Below the pieces are notes generated by a model. The model saw only the letters and a list, made by a program, of their open reading frames with translations. It ran no database searches and was not told the origin of the DNA. Position numbers and translations under genes: made by a program. DNA of 64,000 nucleotides, from the NCBI GenBank assembly GCA_965221775.1, contig CBDCSU010000004.1:480001-544000 (forward strand), in the 5' to 3' direction. Origin of the DNA: Candidatus Latescibacterota bacterium. Its GTDB lineage: Bacteria; Latescibacterota; UBA2968; UBA8231. This document shows, in pieces, positions 57,098 to 64,000 of this stretch (position 1 is the first letter of the stretch; the number at the start of each line of letters is the position of its first letter).

Positions 57098-59134
57098 TCA
57101 GTCCCGGGGCCCCTCCACAACCGCCGGATCGTCGGCCGCCACCAGGGTCAGGGAAGGAAGGTCGCCGCGAGCCATGGAGCGCAGCCGCCCCCGGCCATCG
57201 ATCCTGAGAAGGGTCAGCTCCGAATTGACGCGGCGCGAGGGGGTGAAGCTCACCCGCCCGGAGGCGCCCTCGTAGTTGCGCACGCCGGCGAGATACCTCC
57301 GCAGTTCGGAGCGGCTGCGGTGGCCGGCTCCCCAGCCCTCCATGACAAGGCGGGCGGCGTCGTATCCGGCACTGGCGTAGCCCGGATCCCGGCCGGTGCG
57401 GGCGCGGAAGGCGTTGATGAAGCCGCGCTCCTGCTCCGATCCCTGGCGGCGGGAGACGAAGATGCAGCCTTCCAGGTGCTGGCGCTCGCCGGACCGGAGG
57501 TCCGCGATCTCCTCCGGATCGTACCAGGTACCGTTGCCGATGAGTTGCGTCCGGATGCGGTGAAAGCGGAGCTGCGGAGCGATGGTGAGGGCGTCCTCGA
57601 AGTCCTCGATGATGACCGCCACGCCGTCGATCGACTCGACGAAGATCTCGGTCGAGTCCGGGGGCTGCCTCTTGGGCGCACCCCGGTCGAGGAGGTTCCG
57701 GAAGGTCCACCTCCCTTCCCGCGTCGTGTCCAGGAGAGCCGCCTGCAGCGAGTCGAGCAGCCCGGCGCGGGGCATCGGCGGCGGCTCGATGGAGAAGCCG
57801 ATCCGGCGCAACTCCTGAAACTGCGCCTGGAAGTCCTTCTGCTCTCCGGGATAGTACCACTCGCTGTGGACGATCTGTCCGCCATTGGCCACCGCGGCGG
57901 CGGTGAAGGCCCTCTCGAAGGCGTGGCCGTAGTCGTTCAGCGGCGACAGGATGGCCAGGGTTCGCAGGCCCAGCACGAGGGTTGCGTACTCACCGAGGGC
58001 CTGGCCTTGCACCTCGGCAATCGGGTTCAGCTGAAAGATGTGCCCCCCCAGGGTGTCCAGTCCGCCCTGTTGCGCGAGGGGAGCGATGATCGGCACCCCG
58101 GCTGCTTCGGCGACGACGGCGGCGGCAGCGCAGGAGGTGGAATTGACGGGACCGACGATGGCCTGCACGTCCGCCTGGTGCACGAGGTAGCGGGCCCCGG
58201 AGACGACGCGAAGGAGGCGGTCGCCATCGCTCTGATGGATGGGGACTTCCTCCTCCTCGAAGTCCTCGTACTCGGCGCCGACGTCGACGACGACGAGATC
58301 GAAGGGCTGTCCGAGTTGGTGGTTGGCAAACTCCACACCGGCGAGCAGATCGGCGCCGTACGCCCCCTCGCGGCCGGACAGGGGGGCGAGCACACCGAGC
58401 CGCGGCACCCCCGGCCGGCGGGCGAACCCCGCGGACTCCGGAGCGCGGACCGCCTCCCCACCGGACGGGGAAGGCGGCCCTTCCTCGGGCCCGGACTGTG
58501 CGAGACGGTGGAACATCCCCGCCTCGCCCACGCTGTCGATGTACGCCGACAGCCGCTGGCGGGCGAGCTCGACCCAGCCAAGCCGCGCGTACCAACGCGC
58601 CTCTCCGAAGAGCAGGACATCGCGCAGGCGTCGGGGGCCCAGCTGGCGGCGGACCCGGTCCTGGGCCTCGTCGTCCAGGGATCGGTTCATCACCATCCCC
58701 GCCAGACGCTCGGCGGCGCTCGCCTTTAGCGCCGCGGGACCGGCCCCTTCGAGGAGCCGGACGTACTGCGAAAGGGCCTCGTCGGTTCGTCCCAGGCTGT
58801 AGTAGCCGTCGCCTGCGATCAGCCGGGCATCCGGACCGTAGCGCCCCCCCGAGGCCACCCGCAGCAGCCGGCGCGCCGCCCTCACGGCCCCGGCGGGGTC
58901 GTCGAGGAGCAGGCGGCTGCGGCCGAGCATCAACAAGGCCGGCCGCGTACGCTGGTTGGATGGCAGCTCGGCGACCGCGAGAAAGCGCTCCCCCGCCTCC
59001 CGCCAGCGACCTTGCTCATACGCCGCGAGACCCTGCGAGAACAGGCGTTCCGCCGCGCGCGAATGGCGTCCGTCATCCGGCGCCGCGAAGATCTGGCTGC
59101 CGCCGAGAACGGCCAGCGCCCAGAGGGCACGCAC
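57098..59134 (-). CDS. LpoA/LppC-like protein: TPR + type I periplasmic-binding fold; start uncertain
   Basis: N-terminal TPRs; LGVLAPLSG, AIVGP, GYDAA, YEGASGRVSF. Confidence 0.75.
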   Translation of the reverse strand: MRALWALAVLGGSQIFAAPDDGRHSRAAERLFSQGLAAYEQGRWREAGERFLAVAELPSNQRTRPALLMLGRSRLLLDDPAGAVRAARRLLRVASGGRYGPDARLIAGDGYYSLGRTDEALSQYVRLLEGAGPAALKASAAERLAGMVMNRSLDDEAQDRVRRQLGPRRLRDVLLFGEARWYARLGWVELARQRLSAYIDSVGEAGMFHRLAQSGPEEGPPSPSGGEAVRAPESAGFARRPGVPRLGVLAPLSGREGAYGADLLAGVEFANHQLGQPFDLVVVDVGAEYEDFEEEEVPIHQSDGDRLLRVVSGARYLVHQADVQAIVGPVNSTSCAAAAVVAEAAGVPIIAPLAQQGGLDTLGGHIFQLNPIAEVQGQALGEYATLVLGLRTLAILSPLNDYGHAFERAFTAAAVANGGQIVHSEWYYPGEQKDFQAQFQELRRIGFSIEPPPMPRAGLLDSLQAALLDTTREGRWTFRNLLDRGAPKRQPPDSTEIFVESIDGVAVIIEDFEDALTIAPQLRFHRIRTQLIGNGTWYDPEEIADLRSGERQHLEGCIFVSRRQGSEQERGFINAFRARTGRDPGYASAGYDAARLVMEGWGAGHRSRSELRRYLAGVRNYEGASGRVSFTPSRRVNSELTLLRIDGRGRLRSMARGDLPSLTLVAADDPAVVEGPRD

Positions 59135-59149
59135 GAGCCGGAGGGTGCC

Positions 59150-59178
59150 TTGTCCGCGGCGAGGGGCCCGGTTACATT
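59150..59178 (+). promoter_or_regulatory. putative sigma70 promoter (TTGTCC-N17-TACATT)
   Basis: about 50 nt upstream of the ClpX-like ATG. Confidence 0.5.
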
Positions 59179-59226
59179 CGCCCGAGGCCGGTGCTTTCAC
59201 CACCATCGATCTCCTTCGCCCCCACC

Positions 59227-60750
59227 ATGATGAGTCGCTTCGAGAAACCCGGGCTCGACCCGGAGCAGCTCCGCAGGATCCTCGCCGAAGACAACCGGGG
59301 CGAGAAGGAGCCCACCGAATCGGCGGGCTCCGAGACCGCGGGCCCCGGAGAGGGCGCCGAATCCGAAGCACCCGAAGGCCTTCAGCTGGAGTTCCACCTC
59401 AAGCCCGAAGAGCTGATCGCCCACCTCGACAGCTATGTCGTCGGCCAGCCCAGGGCCAAGGCCATCCTCGCCACCAAGATCTGCACCCACTTCAACCGCC
59501 TGAGCCTTCCCCCCGACGAGACCGAGGAGATCGTCGGCCAGATCAAGAACAACATCCTCATGGTGGGGCCCACGGGGGTCGGCAAGACCTATCTCATCCG
59601 CCTCATCGCCCGGCGCCTCGGCGTCCCCTTCGTCAAGGCGGACGCCACCAAGTTCAGCGAGACGGGGTACGTGGGCGGCGACGTGGAAGACCTGGTCCGC
59701 GAGCTGGTGGCCGAAACCGACGGCGACATCGACCTCGCCCAGCACGGCATCATCTACATCGACGAGATCGACAAGATCGCCGCCAGTGGCCGCACCAGCG
59801 GCCCCGACGTCTCGCGCACCGGCGTCCAGCGCAACCTCCTCAAGCTGATGGAGGAGACCGAGGTCGATCTGCGCTCCCCTCACGATCTGCCCTCGCAGAT
59901 GGAGTCGGTGATGCAGATGCAACGCACCGGCAAGGTGGACCGCAAGAAGGTGAACACCCGGCACATCCTGTTCGTCGTCAGCGGCGCCTTCGCCGGTCTC
60001 GAGGAGATCATCCGCCGGCGCCTCAACCGCGGGGCCATGGGCTTTCACCGGCCGGCAGCGGACGGCGCCGGCGTGGTGGTGGACGACTCGGCCATCCTCC
60101 AGCAGCTCCGCGCCGAGGACCTGCTGGAGTACGGTTTCGAGTCGGAGTTCATCGGCCGCCTTCCGGTGGTCGCCGTCCTCGAGGAGCTCTCGCGCGCCGA
60201 TCTCCTCGAGATCCTGCGCAGCCCCAGGAGCAGTGTCGTCCTCTCCAAGGTAAGGGACTTCCTCGCCTACGGCATCGACCTGAAGGTCTCCGACGAGGCG
60301 CTCCAGCTCCTGGCGCACCGCGCCTTCGAAGAGCGGACCGGCGCCCGGGGCCTGGTGAGCGCCGTGGAGAAGGTCCTCCTGGACTTCGAGTGCCGCCTCC
60401 CGTCCCTCGATCTCGAGGCTTTCGACCTCACCCCCGAGGTCGTCGAGGACCCGGCCCGGATCCTGGAGAGCCTGGTGGCGGAAAGCTCGATCCAGACCTT
60501 CACCTCCGGCTTCGAGAGGGACCACGGCATCCGCTTCGAGTTCACCGACCCGGCCCTGGCGTGCCTGCGCGAGCGCGCCGCCTCGGAGGACCGGCTTCCG
60601 GGGCAGATCTGCGCCGACCTGTTCTCCGACTACGGGCACGGTCTCAAGCTCCTGGAGCTCGACCGGTTCGAAATCACGCCCGAGGTCCTGGCCGATCCGC
60701 AGAAGTCCCTCGACCGCATGATCCGCGAGCTCTACGGCGGCCGGGGCTAG
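59227..60750 (+). CDS. ClpX-like AAA+ ATPase lacking the zinc-binding domain
   Basis: YVVGQ..AK, GPTGVGKT, DATKFSETGYVGGDVE, IDEIDKI, DVS..GVQ, EFIGRLP, TGARGL. Confidence 0.88.
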   Translation: MMSRFEKPGLDPEQLRRILAEDNRGEKEPTESAGSETAGPGEGAESEAPEGLQLEFHLKPEELIAHLDSYVVGQPRAKAILATKICTHFNRLSLPPDETEEIVGQIKNNILMVGPTGVGKTYLIRLIARRLGVPFVKADATKFSETGYVGGDVEDLVRELVAETDGDIDLAQHGIIYIDEIDKIAASGRTSGPDVSRTGVQRNLLKLMEETEVDLRSPHDLPSQMESVMQMQRTGKVDRKKVNTRHILFVVSGAFAGLEEIIRRRLNRGAMGFHRPAADGAGVVVDDSAILQQLRAEDLLEYGFESEFIGRLPVVAVLEELSRADLLEILRSPRSSVVLSKVRDFLAYGIDLKVSDEALQLLAHRAFEERTGARGLVSAVEKVLLDFECRLPSLDLEAFDLTPEVVEDPARILESLVAESSIQTFTSGFERDHGIRFEFTDPALACLRERAASEDRLPGQICADLFSDYGHGLKLLELDRFEITPEVLADPQKSLDRMIRELYGGRG

Positions 60751-60753
60751 TCC

Positions 60754-62136
60754 TCACGGCCGGAGTCCGTACTCCTTCTCCTTCCGGTAGAGGGTGCTCA
60801 ATCCGATCTGGAGCACCTTCGCCGCCTTGCGGCGGTCGTGGCCGACGGCCTCCAGAGCCTGCTCGATGGCGAGCCTCTCCACCTGCTTCATCGTCATGCC
60901 GGGATGCAGACCTCCCTGGTCGCTTCCCGCCGGGGCGCCGCGGAGGTGGGCCGGCACGTCGGAGGGGGTCAGCTCGCGGCCGGGAGCCGACATGACCACC
61001 ATCCCCTCCACGCAGTTCTTCAGCTCGCGTACGTTGCCCGGCCAGTCGTAGTCCATCAGGGCGTCCATGGCGGCCGGGTTGAGGACGTGGGTCTCGCGTC
61101 CGTTCTCCCGGGAGAACTGGCGCAGGAACTCATTCACCAGAATGGGGATGTCCTCGCGGCAGTCGGCGAGTCGGGGGATGTGGATGGTGACCACGTTGAG
61201 CCGGTAGTAGAGGTCGGCGCGGTAGCTCCCCTCCTCGACCATCGTCTCGAGGTTGCGGTTGGTGGCGGCGATGAGGCGAACGTCGGCCCGCAGGGTGGAG
61301 GTCCCGCCGACCCGCTCGAACTCACCGCTCTGAATGACGCGCAGGAGCTTGACCTGCGTCGCCGGGGACAGATCCCCCACCTCGTCGAGGAACAGGGTCC
61401 CCATGTCGGCCAGCTCGAAGCGGCCCTTGCGCGAAGTACTGGCGCCGGTGAAGGCGCCGCGCTCATGCCCGAAGAGCTCGCTCTCGACGATGCTCTCGGG
61501 GAGGGCGCCGCAGTTCGTCTCCACGAAGGGGCGGTCGCGGCGGGGGCTCTGCTGGTGGACCGCCTTGGCCACCTCTCCCTTGCCCGTTCCGGTCTCGCCC
61601 GTGAGCAGGACCGTGGCGCGGGACGCGGCGACCTGCTCGATCTGGGCGTAGATCCGCTGCCAGAGAGAGGACCGGCGGGCGATGCCGCCGTAGCGGTAGC
61701 GCTCGTCCAGGCGCCGCTGGAGATCGGAGACCTCTCCCACCAGCCGCTGATAGGACAAGCCGCGATCGAGAACGGCCCTCACCTTGCTCAGGTTCAGGGG
61801 GCGGACCTGGAAGTCGTAAGCACCCTGGCGCATCGCCTCGGTGCCGAGCTCGATCTCATCGGAACCGGTGGAGAGGATGGCGCAGATCTCCGGGTTGCGC
61901 TCCCGGGCCAGGCGCACCAGCCGCAGGCCGTCGATGCGGCTGTCGGCGAGGGGACAAACGAGGGCGTCCACCGGCTCCGAGTCGAGGATGTCGTAGGCGG
62001 CGGCTCCCTCGCGGGCGGGCAGGACCTCGAAGCCCTCCCGGCGCAGGTAGGAGATCAACTGGTTCGTGGCCTCCTCTTCCGGGGCCACCACCAGGATCCG
62101 GGGAGATGCCTTCTCCCGCGGGGCCGCGTCGCTCAC
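60754..62136 (-). CDS. sigma-54-dependent activator (NtrC family) with degenerate receiver domain
   Basis: GETGTGKG, ESELFGHERGAFTGA, FLDEV, WPGNVREL, C-terminal Fis HTH; GTG start inferred. Confidence 0.9.
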   Translation of the reverse strand: MSDAAPREKASPRILVVAPEEEATNQLISYLRREGFEVLPAREGAAAYDILDSEPVDALVCPLADSRIDGLRLVRLARERNPEICAILSTGSDEIELGTEAMRQGAYDFQVRPLNLSKVRAVLDRGLSYQRLVGEVSDLQRRLDERYRYGGIARRSSLWQRIYAQIEQVAASRATVLLTGETGTGKGEVAKAVHQQSPRRDRPFVETNCGALPESIVESELFGHERGAFTGASTSRKGRFELADMGTLFLDEVGDLSPATQVKLLRVIQSGEFERVGGTSTLRADVRLIAATNRNLETMVEEGSYRADLYYRLNVVTIHIPRLADCREDIPILVNEFLRQFSRENGRETHVLNPAAMDALMDYDWPGNVRELKNCVEGMVVMSAPGRELTPSDVPAHLRGAPAGSDQGGLHPGMTMKQVERLAIEQALEAVGHDRRKAAKVLQIGLSTLYRKEKEYGLRP

Positions 62137-62158
62137 CCTCGAGGCTCCCTTCGGTGAA

Positions 62159-63550
62159 TCAACCGGGACACTGGCCGGTCCATCGGGGAGAACGGGCGAG
62201 GCGGACCACGACCTCGCAGTGGGGGGTGTGGGGGAAGAGGTCCACCGGCCGCGCCCGCTCCAGGTCGTAGCCGGCGGCGCGCAGGGACGACAGGTCCTCG
62301 GCCAGGCTCTCCGCGTTGCAGGAGACATACAGTATCGCCGGCGGACCGAGAGCGACGATCCCCTCGATCACCTTCCTGTGCAGCCCGGCCCGGGGGGGGT
62401 CCGCGATAACCGCCTCGAAGCGCTCCGCCCTCTCCTGGCATAGCTCCGCCAGGGCCTCCTCGGCCGCGACCGCCACGAAGGCGCAGTTGTCGATTCCGTT
62501 GCGCTCCGCATTGCGGCGGGCGTCGGCCACCGCCTCGCGCACCTGCTCGACGCCGACGACGGCGCGGGCCCGGGAGGCCACGTGGAGGCTGATGCCCCCG
62601 GTGCCGGCGTAGAGGTCCAGGACCTCCCCGTCGAAGCCGCCGCCGAGGAACTCCCCCACGATCTCGTAGAGCTGCCCGGCCCCGCGGGTGTTGGTCTGGA
62701 AGAAGGACTGCGGGGAGATCTCGAACTCGAGGTCGCCGCAGCGCTCGATGATGCGGCCCCCGCCCTTGATGAGGAAGCTCTCCTCGCCGGCGGCGACCTG
62801 GGCCTTGCCGCTGTGGCGGGTGACGACGCAGGTGGTGACCCCATCCCCCACCTGGTCCAGCACCCCCGCCAGCAGCCGGTCCACACCCTCGTTGGGATAC
62901 TCGCGGACGACGAGGTTGACCATGGTCTGGCCGGTCGCCTTCCCCTCCCGGACGACCAGGAAGCGGAGCAGACCTTCGTGGCTCTTCAGGTCATACACCG
63001 GCAGGGCGAGGCGGGTCGCGTGAGTGCGGAAGGCGTCCACGATGCCGTTGGAAGCCTCCGACTGGAGGTAGCAGGCCTCGAGGTCGAAGATCCGGTTGAA
63101 GCGTTCGCGCACGTGCAGTCCGAGCCAAGGCTGCCCCTGGCGGCTGCTCCCGAAGGAGAACTCCATCTTGTTGCGGTAGTAGAACGGGTCCGGGCTCGGG
63201 GCGATGGCCTGCCAGCGGCCGACCTCGAGCTGGCGGCCCTCGAAGGACTGGCGGACCATTCGCTCCTTGAGCTGCAGCTGGTCCTCGTATCCGAGGTCCT
63301 GCCACCGGCAGCCTCCGCACTGCCCGAAGTGGGTGCACGGCGGGTCGACCCGCGGCGCCCCCTCCTCGATCAGGTCATCGAGGACACCCTCGAAGCGCCC
63401 CTTGCGCTTGCGCTTCAGGTAGACGTCGGCCCGGTCTCCCGGAACACTGCGCGGTACGAGAATCTCCCGACCGTCCCGGACCGCCAGGCCGTCGCCCTTC
63501 GCGGTGAGGCCTGCGATCTCGACGATGACGCGTTCCCCCCGTTTCATCAT
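62159..63550 (-). CDS. rlmD: 23S rRNA (uracil-1939-C5)-methyltransferase
   Basis: TRAM domain, C.HFGQCGGC, YRNKMEF, SFFQTN, DLYAGTG, DPPRAG, YVSCN, DLFPHTPH.E. Confidence 0.93.
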   Translation of the reverse strand: MMKRGERVIVEIAGLTAKGDGLAVRDGREILVPRSVPGDRADVYLKRKRKGRFEGVLDDLIEEGAPRVDPPCTHFGQCGGCRWQDLGYEDQLQLKERMVRQSFEGRQLEVGRWQAIAPSPDPFYYRNKMEFSFGSSRQGQPWLGLHVRERFNRIFDLEACYLQSEASNGIVDAFRTHATRLALPVYDLKSHEGLLRFLVVREGKATGQTMVNLVVREYPNEGVDRLLAGVLDQVGDGVTTCVVTRHSGKAQVAAGEESFLIKGGGRIIERCGDLEFEISPQSFFQTNTRGAGQLYEIVGEFLGGGFDGEVLDLYAGTGGISLHVASRARAVVGVEQVREAVADARRNAERNGIDNCAFVAVAAEEALAELCQERAERFEAVIADPPRAGLHRKVIEGIVALGPPAILYVSCNAESLAEDLSSLRAAGYDLERARPVDLFPHTPHCEVVVRLARSPRWTGQCPG

Positions 63551-63590
63551 TCCTGCACCGAGGCCCGGGGACAGGGTGAGAACAGAGCGA

Positions 63591-63619
63591 GGCGAGGTGG
63601 AAGGACTTCCCACCCCGCC
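63591..63619 (-). terminator. hairpin downstream of rplQ (probable end of the alpha operon)
   Basis: GGCGGGGTGGGA-loop-TTCCACCTCGCC stem followed by a pyrimidine-rich tract. Confidence 0.5.
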
Positions 63620-63656
63620 CGGAGACGTTCGCTGCTGTCCGAGGCTGCCCCTCGTG

Positions 63657-64000
63657 TCACTCTTCCTTCTCGCCGGGCTCCTCGGGCTCGACCACGGCGG
63701 GACTGTCCGCCCCGGGACGGTCGAGAAGCTCGACGATGCACATCTCGGCGCCATCCCCGCGGCGGGCGCCGGTCTTGACCAAGCGTGTGTACCCCCCGTG
63801 CCGTTCGGCGTAGCGAGGGGCGATCTCGTCGAAGAGCTTGGCCACGATCGACTTGTCCGGTATGTGACGCAATACGTGGCGCCGGGCGTGGAGATCGCCG
63901 CGCTTGGCAAAGGTGATCATGTGCTCCGCGGTGCGCCGCAGAACCTTCCCGCGGGCATCGGTGGTGCTGACCTGTTCGTGGGTGAAAAGGCTGCTCACCA
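63657..64000 (-). CDS. rplQ: 50S ribosomal protein L17, 5' end outside the window
   Basis: SLFTHEQVSTT, MITFAKRGDLHARR, KLFDEIAPRY, GGYTRLVK, RRGDGA. Confidence 0.95.
   Translation of the reverse strand, partial: VSSLFTHEQVSTTDARGKVLRRTAEHMITFAKRGDLHARRHVLRHIPDKSIVAKLFDEIAPRYAERHGGYTRLVKTGARRGDGAEMCIVELLDRPGADSPAVVEPEEPGEKEE

Overview
Very GC-rich, densely coding bacterial chromosome segment, mostly on the minus strand. Gene content suggests a diderm, probably FCB-group lineage such as Latescibacterota (inference only). About 54 real CDSs were separated from many GC shadow ORFs. Left: a sulfatase-fold enzyme, a coupled His-phosphatase/glcD/glcF/mutarotase/serC operon, pepA, dcd, a frameshifted GT39-TPR gene, peptidases and sugar enzymes. 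Centre: a minus-strand run dapF-like, SprT, peptidase-PD40-Omp85, BamB-like, yicC, archaeal-type cmk, coaBC, udg, dnaB; then polX, a decayed metH fragment, an S1/P1-like nuclease, a peroxiredoxin, a small HTH-ssb operon behind a near-consensus promoter with an inverted-repeat operator, and recG. Right: orphan murG(HEAT-fused)-mraY, a moxR/bat operon with an embedded Gld-type ABC system, envelope lipoproteins, an atypical ClpX, a sigma-54 activator with a degenerate receiver, rlmD and partial rplQ. No rRNA, tRNA, CRISPR array or mobile element was recognised. All calls come from motif recognition by eye, without database searches.
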